DNA from: Octopus sinensis
Taxonomy: Eukaryota
DNA length: 58,623 nt
Direction of reading: 5' to 3'
NCBI RefSeq assembly: GCF_006345805.1
Contig: NW_021835395.1
Location: 1 to 58,623 of the forward strand
In this document: in pieces, positions 1 to 12,560 of the stretch
Layout of the letters: each line of letters starts with the position of its first letter
Numbering within the stretch: the stretch's first letter is position 1
Made by a program: the position numbers and the translations under genes
The notes under the pieces: generated by a model
The model's input: the letters and a program-made list of their open reading frames with translations, nothing else
Told to the model about the DNA's origin: nothing
Databases searched by the model: none

Positions 1-324
1 TATTATTATGATTATTATTATTATTATTATATATTATTATATGATTTCATATCCTCGTCGGGGCCTACTTTTCCTTTCATCTTCTTACCAAGGTTGTGGA
101 AGTTATACTACACCTGTGATCTTTGTCGCATGGCATTAATCATTATTCTTATTATCTTCCTACTGCCGCATGATGTTGTGGCTAAATCTCTCTCTCTCTC
201 ACTCTCTTTCTCCCCATATATATATATTATGCCAACAATAGGAAGGTGTTAGCCTGAGAGAAATATTAAAAAAAGGAAGAAGCGAATGTTTTGATGTTGA
301 GTACACACGTTTGCTTCAACACAA

Positions 325-470
325 AGAATATTGGTGAACCATTCCCATCAAAAATTCCGCTAATTACAAAACAACGGACCTGACATAGTTATTTGGGACA
401 GAAAAACAAAAGTAATGTACTATTGTCGATGTCAGCTGTCCAACCGGATGTGAACATTTCATTAAAAATA
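325..470 (+). mobile_element. Degenerate RLE-type non-LTR retrotransposon fragment (endonuclease region)
   Basis: Across a frameshift it reads ..GPDIVIWDRKTK..TIVDVSCP.DVNISLK.., resembling the PD..D catalytic region of restriction-like endonucleases. Confidence 0.55.
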
Positions 471-594
471 ATCACTTAATGTATACGCATGTTCTCTTGC
501 ATATGTGAATGTACGTGTGTGTATATGTAACATATACATACACACACACATACATACATACATACATACATACATACATACATACATACATACA

Positions 595-626
<32 letters not shown>

Positions 627-804
627 CACACTATAAAAATCTTTGTGAGATATAAAGTAACTTATACACAGCTGTCGGGTTATAATTATTTTATATATGC
701 ACAAATAAATTATTACTTAGGAATTTTTTTGTACATAATCAAATATTTTTGTTTGAATTTCTCCTCACGTACGCTGCTAACTAAAGCACACACACTTCTG
801 TGCA

Positions 805-1214
805 TACTCTTTTACTCTTTTATTTGTTTCAGTCATTTGACTGCGGCCATGCTGGAGCACCACCTTTAATCGAGCAACTCGACCCCGGGACTTTATTCTT
901 TGTAAGCCCAGTACTTATTCTATCGGTCTCTTTTGCCGAACCGCTAAAGAAGGAGACAGAAACACACCAGCATCGGTTTGTCAAGCATGCTGGGGGAGAC
1001 AAACACAAACATACACGCACACACACATAATACATATATATATATATATATGACGGGCTTCTTTCAGTTTCCGTCTACCAATCCACTCACAAGGCTTTGG
1101 TCGGCCCGAGGCTATAGCAGAAGACACTTGCCCAAGGTGGCCGCGCAGTGGGACTGAACCCAGAACCATGTGGTTGATAAGCAAGCTACTTACCCCACAG
1201 CCACTCCTACGCCT
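805..1214 (-). mobile_element. tRNA-derived SINE family A (CORE-like, internal CA/TA microsatellite), full length
   Basis: Minus-strand head aggagtggc..ggttcagtccc (A/B-box-like), then a ccttgggcaagtg motif resembling the CORE domain. About 20 copies or fragments occur in the window. Confidence 0.85.
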
Positions 1215-1300
1215 GTGTACGTGTGAGTGTATATACATATGCATGTATGTGTGTATGTATGTATGTATTACTATTGTATGTATGCATGTATAAATATATA

Positions 1301-1347
<47 letters not shown>

Positions 1348-1434
1348 TATATATATACATACATACATACATATATATATCATGTATGTAATTAGTATGT
1401 ATGTATACATATTAATCTGCTGATTAATAATAAT

Positions 1435-1650
1435 AATCCCTTCTACTAAAGACACAAGGCCTGATAACTTGAGGGAGGGAACTAGTCAATGACATCGACC
1501 CCAGTGTTTCACTGGTACTTAATTTATCGACCCTGAAAGAATGATAGGCAAAGTGACCTTCGACCGAATTTGAACTCAGAACCTAAAGATGCACGAAATG
1601 CCACAAAGCAATTTGCACCGCGTTCTAACGATTCTGCCAGCTCGCTGCCT
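1435..1650 (-). mobile_element. tRNA-derived SINE family B (central gtcgactttgcctttcatcctttcggggtcgataaa domain, possibly Meta-type)
   Basis: Head ggcagcgagctggcagaatcgttag..gttctgagttcaaattc; many homologues in the window. The superfamily assignment is from memory and tentative. Confidence 0.8.
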
Positions 1651-1705
<55 letters not shown>

Positions 1706-1712
1706 TCTTCTT

Positions 1713-1776
<64 letters not shown>

Positions 1777-1780
1777 CACC

Positions 1781-1836
<56 letters not shown>

Positions 1837-1913
1837 AACAACTACAACTACAACTACTGCTGCTGCTGCTGCTGCTACTACTACTACTACTACTCTACTA
1901 CTACTACTACTAC

Positions 1914-1945
<32 letters not shown>

Positions 1946-1947
1946 GA

Positions 1948-2163
1948 GTAGACGTGATACCAATAGTAATAGTATTAGCACTGAACTGCCAACATGGCTG
2001 AAAAATATATGCAAGTGTGGAGGTAGAACATCAGCAAATATCAGAATTGAATAGAACTGCAAGAATTCTTCGCATGACCAGGAAAACAAGTATCACCTTA
2101 GTCTGCTGGCTGTGGACAGCTGACATTTTCCCATCATAACCAGCAATATCAGCAGTGAGTTTT
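1948..2163 (+). mobile_element. RLE (R4/Dong-like) LINE 3' end between (AAT)n tracts
   Basis: RVDVIPIVI..-like C-terminal peptide and ..RTARILRM; the 3' UTR gtctgctggctgtggacagc is shared with 52225 and 56845. Confidence 0.6.
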
Positions 2164-2322
2164 AATATAATAATAATAATAATGATGATGATGATGATGA
2201 TGATGATGAATAAGAAGAAGAAGAAGAAGAGACAGAAGAGCAAGAGAAGAAGAAGAAGAAGAAGAAGAAGAAGAAGAAGAAGAAGAAGAAGAAGAAGAAG
2301 AAGAACATATACACACACATTT

Positions 2323-2665
2323 ATTTAAAGAATATAGTTGTGTTAAGTCGGAACAGTGCGAGAAGGTACAAAGCAAACTACAAATTGAAAGGAAAACGGA
2401 ACAAAGTTGCAGTTTTATCTTGTATTTTTATATTTCGGACTGAAGAACCCTTTTTCAGGACATTCGGAAAAGCGATGATTGGAAAAAGTTTGTTGTTCAG
2501 ACGTTTGTTCCTCACTTCTGAGCAACAAACTTTTCCCAGCCACCGATTTTCCGAAATGTAAAAATACAGGGTAAAACTGCTACTTTGTTCCGTTTTCTTT
2601 TCAATTTGTAGTTAGCTTTGTACCTTCTCGCACTGTTCCGACTTTACACAACAACATTCTTTAAA

Positions 2666-2666
<1 letters not shown>
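2323..2666. repeat. About 345-bp fold-back element (about 108-bp outer arms plus a second inner hairpin)
   Basis: atttaaagaat..tgtatttta (2323-2430) is the reverse complement of taaaaataca..ctttaaat (2559-2666); inner arms cattcggaaa..ttcaga / tctgag..ccgaaatg. Confidence 0.85.
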
Positions 2667-2724
<58 letters not shown>

Positions 2725-2734
2725 GTATATATAT

Positions 2735-2850
2735 AGCTAGGATGATCCGGTTCTTGACTGAAGATTGAAGGCTTCGAATGTCCCGTACGTGTTTTTTGTA
2801 TCGTCTTCTAAATGTTTTACGTTCTTGTCCCAGTTTGTATTTTTCTACAT
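2735..2850 (+). mobile_element. Short (TA)n-embedded interspersed element; homologue in opposite orientation at about 31853-31980, relatives at about 22215-22380 and 23280-23450
   Basis: Shared gatgatccggttcttgactgaNga..cttcgaatgtcccgt..cgttcttgtcccagtttgtat. Confidence 0.7.
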
Positions 2851-3782
2851 ATATATAATAATATATATATATATATATATATAGTCAACATAAGCAACAA
2901 GGATATTCAGAGGTAATGCAGTACAATCGTTTCATGCGACTCCATTTAATTGAACTATATATATATATATAGGCAAGGAAAAATTATAAGAAGGCAGAAT
3001 GCTAAATTGAAAGAAAATTTTAATGAGAATGGGTGTATGGAAAATTTTGAAAAATTGATAAAATATATATATATTAATTCAAACTGGTTTTCGTCATAAT
3101 GTGACTTTTCAAGAATTGTAAAGAAAAAAGAAATTTTTTTATTTGAGGAGGGGGAAAAAAGAAAATTACATTGTTTTTGGCAAAAAAATAATAATAAATA
3201 TATACAAAAATTAAAAAACAGGTACTCCGATAGATTGTAAAGTCTGTGTATCTTGAGTTTAATGATAGTTCTTGAAAAAATTACATTGGAGGATTGAGAT
3301 CCATGGGATTAAATCCATGTGCTGTTTAATTTAATTAAGGATGTCTCTTAAGTGAATGGCAAAACAGAAAGTAGTAGTCCAGTTCCTGTGAATAAGGGGA
3401 GACAACTCTATGGGTTTTAAGCTCTTCAATTTGGGTTTATCGATTTTTTGTAATAAAGGGTGTTAATAAACCTTAAATTATAAAATTATCAGTTAAGCTT
3501 CATTTGCATTATCTTTTTTTATATAATTGTTTGCTAACTTAACATTCAGATTTGAACACTTTATTTATATTGTTTCTAATTATATAAATTTACTTAAACC
3601 AATTTATAATTACATTTCAGATTATGTCATATATAATAAAAATAATAATAATAATAATAACAACAATAATAATAATGATAATTAAAGTATATAAGTTTTA
3701 GCTTGAAGTGATGACTGCATGGTATCCTTATATATTTGTGTTAGTCCATTCATGAAGAATGAGGTAGAAAAAAGAAGTATGA

Positions 3783-4626
3783 TCAACGATGAGTTTGCAT
3801 ATTAAGATGCGTTTTGAATTTTTCAATAAAGAGATCCTCCTTGTTAATTCTCTCCTGTGTGGTGATTCCGTCTTTACATTGGTAGAAGGGGAATATGTAG
3901 AATTTGGGATTTTTGTCTTTAGCGCATGAGTCTATGTGGTCACTCGGTGAGATTTGCCGGTATTCCGGGAGATTTATTTGTTCTTTATGCACCGCTACTC
4001 TTTTACGTAAAGGGAAGCTCGTTTGTCCAACATAATTATGTTGGCAACCGGCGCATGTGAGAACGTAGACAAGGTTCTCGGAGGAACAGGAGAAGTTGGT
4101 CTTGATTTTAAACTTCGTTCCTTGTTTGAAGATAAATTCAGAGCATTCAAGTAGGAAGGGGCAGGTGCCACAGTTTGGGCGTGCACATTTTTTAACTGCT
4201 GGGGGTGGATGTGGTGTGTGAAGTTTGGCATTTGTCAAGAGTTTTTTTAAAGATTTGTGTTGTCTTTTACATTTGAGGATTTTGTGTGTATTTATGTTTT
4301 TCATTTTTGGGTCTGTTGACAGTAGAGTGAGGTTTTGTATGATTGTGGTGTATGCTTCGATATTTTTGGGGTTGTGGGTGGAAATGTATGGAAGTATTTT
4401 GGGGTTGTGTGTGGTGTTGGGTTGGGTGGTTTTCAGTGTAATGTTGTCTAGTTCTTTGGCGCGTTTTATTCCATACTCTATAAGGGTGGAGGGATACTGG
4501 CGTTGTAATAGTGTTTTTTTGAGGTCTTGAAGGCGTATTTCTCGAGTTTTTGGATCCGAGACAATGGTGCATACCCTTTTAGCTAAGTTGAAAGGGATAC
4601 TTGTCTTGGTGTGTTTTGGGTGGCAT
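3783..4626 (-). mobile_element. Penelope-like element 3' part: RT thumb, Cys linker and GIY-YIG endonuclease (5'-truncated at a TA repeat)
   Basis: HPKHTKTSIPFNLAKRVCTIVSD (PLE RT C-terminus), CARPNCGTCPF, ENLVYVLTCAGCQHNYVGQT (GIY-YIG), RINKEDLFIEKFK. Confidence 0.92.
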
Positions 4627-5069
4627 AAACATATATATATATATATGTACATACTTACATGCATACACGACTCGCTTCCATATAATTTCTGCTTACCAAA
4701 TTCATTTACAAGGCATTGGTGAGCCTGGGGATTACAGCATAAGACACTTCACATTTCTTTATATTAATTTATTTCTCATTAATTCAGATCTCATAGCTTT
4801 CTCAATATACTACCAGCGAAACATTTATCTAATTCTTCCTGACGAAGCCTTACAGTGTTTTGCTAAAACACTTTTTAGCCCTTTCAAGTATTTTACACAA
4901 TATTCATATTAATTTGATACATATAATAATAAACATCTATATCTCTAAGAAACTCGTCCTCCAATTTGACGCTGATTATGTTGACTGAACACTTCGTACG
5001 GTGCATTCTTACTTCGGAGGTCATTTTACTAGCGTTAAAAAAAAAAAAAAAATGGTGAGCTGGCAAAAT

Positions 5070-5320
5070 CATAATAACGTCGGACAAACGTTATGGCAGA
5101 ATCGTTAGCACACCGGGCGAAATGCTTGGTAGTATTTCGTCTGCCGCTACATTCTGAGTTCAAATTCCGCCGAGGTCGAGTTTGCCTTTCATCTTTTTGG
5201 GGTCTATTAAATAAGTACCATTTACGCACTGGAGTCGATATAATCGACTTAATCCGTTTGTATGTCCTTGTTTGTCCTCTCTGTGTTTAGCTCCTTGTGG
5301 GTAGTAAAGAAATAGATATT
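5070..5320 (+). mobile_element. SINE family B copy
   Basis: ggcagaatcgttagcac..gagttcaaattccgccgagg..gtagtaaagaaatag. Confidence 0.8.
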
Positions 5321-5510
5321 TCTTCTTACACGCTGTTCGAGGTCAAATTCCATCGGGGTCAACATTGCCTTTCATTCTCTCGGAAATGATAAAATAAGTA
5401 CCAGTTAAGTACTGGGGTTCATGTACTCGACTTATCCTCTACCACTAAAAAATTGCTGGCCTCGTGCAAAAATTTGAAATAATTTTACTAGTATTAATAT
5501 AGCTTCTGGT

Positions 5511-5744
5511 GGAGGCGCGTGGCTTGGTGGTTAGAGTGTCAGCATCATGATCGTAAGATTGTGGTTTCGATTCCTGGACCGGGCGACGCATTGTGTTCTT
5601 GAGCAAAACACTTCATTTCACGTTGTTCCAGCAAAAATGAGTAACGCTGTGATGGACTGGCGTCCCGTCCAGCTGGGGAACACATACGCCATAGAAACCG
5701 GAAAACCGGGCCCATGAGCCAGGCTAGGCTTTAAAAGGGCGCAT
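5511..5744 (+). mobile_element. tRNA-derived SINE family D (V-domain-like ttcttgagcaaaacacttc)
   Basis: Head ggaggcgcgtggcttggtggttag..ggtttcgattcc; homologous heads at about 48990 and 49110. Confidence 0.7.
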
Positions 5745-6351
5745 TAAAATTTTTTTTTTAATATCACTTCTACACAAATCAGCTAAATGGCAGCTTTCAA
5801 GACTAATAATTTCATTACATTTAGGTTCAGTATATTGAAGGAATGACACTGTTTTTATAGACACTAGTAGACATCTTTAAAATTCTTATGCGTAACCAAG
5901 CCGGAGCTATTTGTGTTTACACGTAAGTACATACATATCTATGCGTATGTGCGCTGGCGTACGTAAATCACACAAATAACAAATATATATTTTGAGGTAA
6001 AAAAGAAACATACGAACAAAAAATCTCATGTGGGGTTAGACAATCGAAAGCACGTGTCTGAAAAGCGTAGAAATATAAAGCGAAAAAAGCAACAATTGAA
6101 GCTGTGTACAGAGCTTTATTGAAGCTCTGTAAACTTCATATATATTGAAAGAGAGAAATAAATCGATATTTATAATTATATATATATACTCTTTTTTACT
6201 CTTTTACTTGTTTCAGTCATTTGACTGCGGCCATGCTGGAGCACCGCCTTTAGTCGAGCAAATCGACCCCGGGATATATAGTGAAAATAATAACCTCTAA
6301 ATTTTTATTTTTTAAATATAGATAATATGGAAAATTCTACAAACCATGAAT

Positions 6352-6690
6352 ATGGCACCTTGGGCAAGTGTCTTCTACTATAGCCTCGGGGCGACCAAAG
6401 CCTTGTGAGTGGATTTGGTAGACGGAAACTGAAAGAACCCCGTCGTATATATGTATATATATATGCGTGTGTGTGTTTGTGTGTCTGCGTTGGTCCCCCT
6501 AGCATTGCTTGATAACCGATGCTGGTGTGTTTATGTCCCCGTTACTTAGCGGTTCGGCAAAAGAGACCGATAGAATAAGTACTGGGCTTACAAAAGAATA
6601 AGTCCCGGGATCGAGTTGCTCGATTAAAGGTGGTGCTCCAGCATGGCCGCAGTCAAATGACTGAAACAAGTAAAAGAGTAAAGAGTAAGA
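6352..6690 (+). mobile_element. SINE family A, 5'-truncated
   Basis: ggcaccttgggcaagtg..gactgaaacaagtaaaagagta. Confidence 0.85.
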
Positions 6691-7035
6691 GTATGTTGTT
6701 TTTTCCTTTTGTAATTCAAGCAGGGGATACCGAGAAGACCTTCTGGAATACTTCAGTATTTATTCTGAAATATTCAGTCGGAAGATCCAATTATTCATCT
6801 TTCTCCGTGTCTTAATATTATTTAGAAAGATTTCATTATAAAAGAACCAGTTCAAAAGATCTTTAAAACTCACCGACGATGTGTAATTCACGTTGTTGAT
6901 TCAGAGGAGAGCAATGTGGACGTTCCGTTGTCTCAATAAGGCGTTCCATTGTTATAAATAGATGCATACATTCATATATGATACACAGATACATAGATAC
7001 GTTGATATAAACATACACACACACACACACACACA

Positions 7036-7083
<48 letters not shown>

Positions 7084-7782
7084 TTTGCTAAGGCTGGCTT
7101 CGTCAGCGAGTCGCCTAAATTGAATCGAGGTCTGCAGCGATGTGGGACCATGTGTTGATCTCGACTACTAGCAGATCTTAACTTTGCGCAGACGCAAAAC
7201 TTACACGGCAGTATAGGGCATGCCGGGAAGAATTTTACGAATAAATCCATCATGTAATATGCGAATATAAACAAGAAGGGTAGTAATATTATTTACTACC
7301 AGGTGCCCAGCACAAAAGACGAATTAGTCATAAGACAAAAATATTATTCATATAGAAAAATATCATTCATGTAGTTATACAATTAAGGGCTCCTAAATTA
7401 AGATGCCGAGTGCTGGGAACACAAAAAGGGGATGAATTTATCGAGAGTGAAAATCAAAAACGTTTACCGATAACTTTAACAACTCGAACCGCGGAGCCCT
7501 TAATTGTATAACTACATGAATAATATTTTTCTATATGAATAATATTTTTGTCTTATGACTAATTCGTCTTTTGTGCTGGGCACCTGGTAGTAAATAATAT
7601 TACTACCCTTCTTGTTTATATTCGCATATTACATGATGGATTTATTCGTAAAATTCTTCCCGGCATGCCCTATACTGCCGTGTAAGTTTTGCGACTGCGC
7701 AGAGATTTGAAAAGTTAAGATCTGCTAGTAGTCGAGATCAACACATGGTCCCACATCGCTGCAGACCTCGATTCAATTTAGG

Positions 7783-7862
7783 CGACTCGCTGACGAAGCC
7801 AGCCTTAGCAAACATATTCTGTGTTTTGCTAGAAAGAAGCAGAAACCGTGCGGTTCGAGTTG
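7783..7862 (+). ncRNA. Type I hammerhead ribozyme motif, unit 1
   Basis: CGACUCG-CUGACGA-[stem II hairpin]-GAAA-CCGUGCGG-UU-CGAGUUG. Stem I pairs 14 of 15 positions. The base of stem II is an atypical A.A mismatch. Confidence 0.7.
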
Positions 7863-8238
7863 TTAAAGTTATCGGTAAACGTTTTTGATTTTCACTCTCG
7901 ATAAATTCATCCCCTTTTTGTGTTCCCAGCACCCGGCATCTTAATTTAGGAGCCCTTAATTGTATAACTACATGAATAATATTTTTCTATATGAATAATA
8001 TTTTTGTCTTATGACTAATTCGTCTTTTGTGCTGGGCACCTGGTAGTAAATAATATTACTACCCTTCTTGTTTATATTCGCATATTACATGATGGATTTA
8101 TTCGTAAAATTCTTCCCGGCATGCCCTATACTGCCGTGTAAGTTTTGCGTCTGCGCAGAGATTTGAAAAGTTAAGATCTGCTAGTAGTCGAGATCAACAC
8201 ATGGTCCCACATCGCTGCAGATCTCGATTCAATTTAGG

Positions 8239-8318
8239 CGACTCGCTGACGAAGCCAGCCTTAGCAAACATATTCTGTGTTTTGCTAGAAAGAAGCAGAA
8301 ACCGTGCGGTTCGAGTTG
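8239..8318 (+). ncRNA. Type I hammerhead ribozyme motif, unit 2
   Basis: Same motif, offset +456. Confidence 0.7.
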
Positions 8319-8694
8319 TTAAAGTTATCGGTAAACGTTTTTGATTTTCACTCTCGATAAATTCATCCCCTTTTTGTGTTCCCAGCACTCGGCATCTTAA
8401 TTTAGGAGCCCTTAATTGTATAACTACATGAATAATATTTTTCTATATGAATAATATTTTTGTCTTATGACTAATTCGTCTTTTGTGCTGGGCACCTGGT
8501 AGTAAATAATATTACTACCCTTCTTGTTTATATTCGCATATTACATGATGGATTTATTCGTAAAATTCTTCCCGGCATGCCCTATACTGCCGTGTAAGTT
8601 TTGCGTCTGCGCAGAGATTTGAAAAGTTAAGATCTGCTAGTAGTCGAGATCAACACATGGTCCCACATCGCTGCAGACCTCGATTCAATTTAGG

Positions 8695-8774
8695 CGACTC
8701 GCTGACGAAGCCAGCCTTAGCAAACATATTCTGTGTTTTGCTAGAAAGAAGCAGAAACCGTGCGGTTCGAGTTG
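8695..8774 (+). ncRNA. Type I hammerhead ribozyme motif, unit 3
   Basis: Same motif, offset +912. Confidence 0.7.
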
Positions 8775-8989
8775 TTAAAGTTATCGGTAAATGTTTTTGA
8801 TTTTGACTCTCGATAAATTCATCCCCTTTTTGTATTCCCAGCACCCGGCATCTTAATTTAGGAGCCCTTAATTGTATAACTACATGAATAATATTTTTCT
8901 ATATGAATAATATTTTTGTCTTATGACTAATTCGTCTTTTGTGCTGGGCACCTGGTAGTAAATAATATTACTACCCTTCTTGTTTATAT

Positions 8990-9045
<56 letters not shown>

Positions 9046-9119
9046 ATATATGCACATATATTTAAACGTATATATATATATATATAATAAAAAAAACTTG
9101 AGAAGAGAAGTAGAGAAAT

Positions 9120-9515
9120 AACGCGTGCGTTCGGTCATATAGTAATATAATAAATAAATAAAATATATGCATATATACATACATATATGTACATACTTAC
9201 ATCTACATGTATATATACATGCATACATATATATATGTGTGTGTGAGTACAGGACACCACAAATAAACGTAGAACACAACGAGAGACGAGAACATAAAAT
9301 CAAACAAGGAAACGGACTTTTTTTAAACAACGAAAAAACAGAATACAGGACAAACAATACAAGGAAAATTCTCCTTCATCAGCTGTCACTGGTTCGACTC
9401 AAAGTGTGTTTCGAAGGTAAGGACAGAACCCAGTCGAAGCAGTCCTTCCTGCAAAAGGAATTAAATAAAATTCTTTTGCAGAGGGGTAAAACAAGTGACA
9501 AAAACAGGACGTAAA
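9120..9515 (-). mobile_element. (TA)n-flanked interspersed element related to the 40375/41245 repeats (probably Penelope pLTR-derived)
   Basis: Its reverse complement shares ttttacccctctgc.aaaag..ccttcgaaac..ctgaNgaagg and the catatatgtac..gtagatgt block with 41230-41560. Confidence 0.55.
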
Positions 9516-9588
9516 TATATATATATATATATATATATATACCGAATGAACCAAAAGTCACATGCCAAAACAGTTGACATTTTATTTA

Positions 9589-9589
<1 letters not shown>

Positions 9590-9654
<65 letters not shown>

Positions 9655-9703
9655 CATCATCATCATCATCATCATCATTATCATTATCATTATTATTATT
9701 ATA

Positions 9704-9735
<32 letters not shown>

Positions 9736-9968
9736 GATTATTATTATTATTATTCATGTCGTTCATCATGCACAAGTACACGTGTATTCATTATTTTTCT
9801 GTTTTATTTTATTCAATCTAGAAAAACTGAAGCATGTCTTTGATAATTCCGTAGCGTATTGAACTTATTTTGTGCGTGACTTTGGCTCACCCTGTATATA
9901 TGAGTGTATATGTGTGTGCGTATATTATATATATATATAATATATATATATATAATATATATATATAG

Positions 9969-10014
<46 letters not shown>

Positions 10015-10057
10015 TATATATATATTATATATATATATACATATATATATTTATACA

Positions 10058-10098
<41 letters not shown>

Positions 10099-10115
10099 TA
10101 TATATATATAAATAA

Positions 10116-10159
<44 letters not shown>

Positions 10160-10372
10160 ATATATATATAATATATATAATATATGCGTGTATGTGTGGG
10201 CGTGCATGTGTGTGCGTGTGTAATAAATCGTTTCATCGTTCTTATTTATATTGTTCTTTTTATTATTTTTGAAAGTAGGGTCGAATAAATAAATGTTTAA
10301 AATGTACGGTTTAAATATATTTTATTTTAAAAAAAAAGACTAAATAAATTTTCTGTTGATGCATTTTATTTA

Positions 10373-10424
<52 letters not shown>

Positions 10425-10454
10425 ATTATTATTATTTTATCATCATCATTATCA

Positions 10455-10506
<52 letters not shown>

Positions 10507-10526
10507 CATCATCATTATCATCATCA

Positions 10527-10568
<42 letters not shown>

Positions 10569-10591
10569 TATTATCATCATCATTATCATCA

Positions 10592-10631
<40 letters not shown>

Positions 10632-10683
10632 TTATTATCATCATTATCATCATTATTATTATCATCATTATTAATTATTATTA

Positions 10684-10742
<59 letters not shown>

Positions 10743-10760
10743 TTATTATTATAACCTATT
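9590..10760. repeat. Compound microsatellite field (TAT/CAT, TA)
   Basis: Directly visible; it accounts for the poly-I/L/Y/N ORFs. Confidence 0.95.
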
Positions 10761-11246
10761 ACGTATTTCATGCATTAATTTACTGTAATAGTTTGCACCT
10801 ATTTACCTTAAAATGTTGATCTCTTTTTTTTCTATTTATTTTGAGTTTCCTATGTCGCATGGAAGCAGGTCGGATAAAAAAAATTGAAATCTCAAAGGCA
10901 AAAAGTGACTTTTGTTGCTGGTTCGTCACGATTAGAAAAGTGTTTTCCTTTTTTTTCTTGAAGATGTCAGAAATAATTTAATTGCACTTCTCGAAGTCAC
11001 TTTTGCTTTTCATGCCGTTTCTCATAAATTGGATTTCTAGAGATGTGATTGTTTGTCACATTTGGTCATAAAACGTTTTGAGTCTAGTGAGGACAAAATG
11101 TGAAGCCAAAATTTTGCACCAATGGCTGAATGTGACCTCGCTCTAGACCTAGCGGGGGAATAATTTGTGCCGATTCCTATGGATGCTTCAAATCAAAAAG
11201 ATGATCAAATAATACTTTTCATTATTCGATATTACATTCCTGGACA

Positions 11247-11645
11247 AGGCTGCGAGCTGGCAGAAACTTAAGCACACCGGGCGAAATGCTTAATAGTATT
11301 TCGTCTGTCTTTGCGTTCTGAGTTCAAATTCCGCTGAGGTCGACTTTGCCTTTCATCCTTTCGGGGTCGATAAATTAAGTACCAGTTACGCACTGGGGTC
11401 GATGTAATCGACTTAATCCGTTTGTCTGTCCTTGTTTGTCCTCTCTGTGTTTAGCCCCTTGTGAGTAGTAAAGATATAGGTATTTCGTCTGTTTTTACGT
11501 TCTGAGTTCAAATTCCGCCGAGGTCGACTTTGCCTTTCATCCTTTCGGGGTCGATAAATTAAGTACCAGTTTCGTACTGGGGTCGATCTAAGTGACTGGC
11601 TCCCTCCCCCAAAACTTTGGGCCTTGTGCCTAGTGTAGAAAAGAT
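11247..11645 (+). mobile_element. SINE family B, head plus two tandem internal units; another copy at about 11660-11880
   Basis: gagttcaaattccgc repeated at about 11320 and 11505. Confidence 0.8.
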
Positions 11646-12147
11646 ATTACATTCCTGGACAAGGAGGCGAGTTGGCAGAATCGTTAGCACACAAGATAAA
11701 ACGCTTAATGGCATTTTGCCTGTCTTTACGTTCTAAGTTCAAATTCCACCGAGGTCATCTTTGCGTTTCATCCTTTCGGAGTCGATAAAATAAGCACCAG
11801 TAAAACATTCGCGTCGATGTAATCGACTTACCACTCCACCCTTGCTTGAAATTAATGGCTCTGTTCCAAATTTTGAAACCGATGTAACATTCCTGGTCGC
11901 GGTATACAAATCAAATTTTTGAATATGCACACTGTTCTAGGAGAAATGGCTGACATCTTGATCAATGTCTTATTCTCAGTTATTGATAATCACAAGTGGA
12001 CGAGAAAAAGTCGTCGGATTTTGTGGAGACATCGACAACACAAATTTTAGTGGGGCGTACAGTGAAAAAGCAAGAACATGTTTAGCTGTGTGAAAGCCAG
12101 CCTCGAAAAAGGTCTTTGTTGTCATTGAATATGCTGTTCATATTTAT

Positions 12148-12560
12148 TCTTTTACTTGTTTCAGTCATTTGACTGTGGCTATGCTGGAGCACCGCCTCTA
12201 GTCGAGCAAGTCGACCCCAGGAGTTATTCTTTGTAAGCCTAGTACTTATTCTATCGGTCTCTTTTGCCGAATCGCTAAGTTACGGGGACGTAAGCTCACC
12301 AGCATCGGTTGTCAAGCGATGTTGGGGAGACATAACACAGACGCACAAACACGTACACACACATACATATGCATATATATATATATACATATATACGACG
12401 GGGTTCTTTCAGTTTCCGTCTACCAAATCCACTCACAAGGATTTGGTCGGCTCGAGGCTATAGTAGAAGACACTTGTCCAAGGTGTGTGTACCGGAACTG
12501 AACCCGAAACCATGGGGTTGGCAAGCAAGTTACTCACCACACTGCCACTCTTGCACCTAT
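12148..12560 (-). mobile_element. SINE family A
   Basis: Homologous to 805-1214. Confidence 0.85.

Larger units (their letters stand above)
7081..8991. repeat. 456-bp tandem array (about 3.3 units, 7493-8991) preceded by an inverted near-complete unit (7081-7492), bounded by (TA)n on both sides
   Basis: Near-identical ORF translations at 7738, 8194 and 8650 give an exact 456 period; 7081-7492 is the reverse complement of the unit. Confidence 0.97.

Noticed and set aside
4832-4880. CUGACGA-AGCC..GCU-AAAA as an HHR
   Set aside because: GAAA is lost and stems I and III cannot be formed.
7738-8844. Three near-identical 64-aa ORFs as a small-protein gene array
   Set aside because: There is no recognisable motif; they simply mark the repeat period and are antisense to the HHR.
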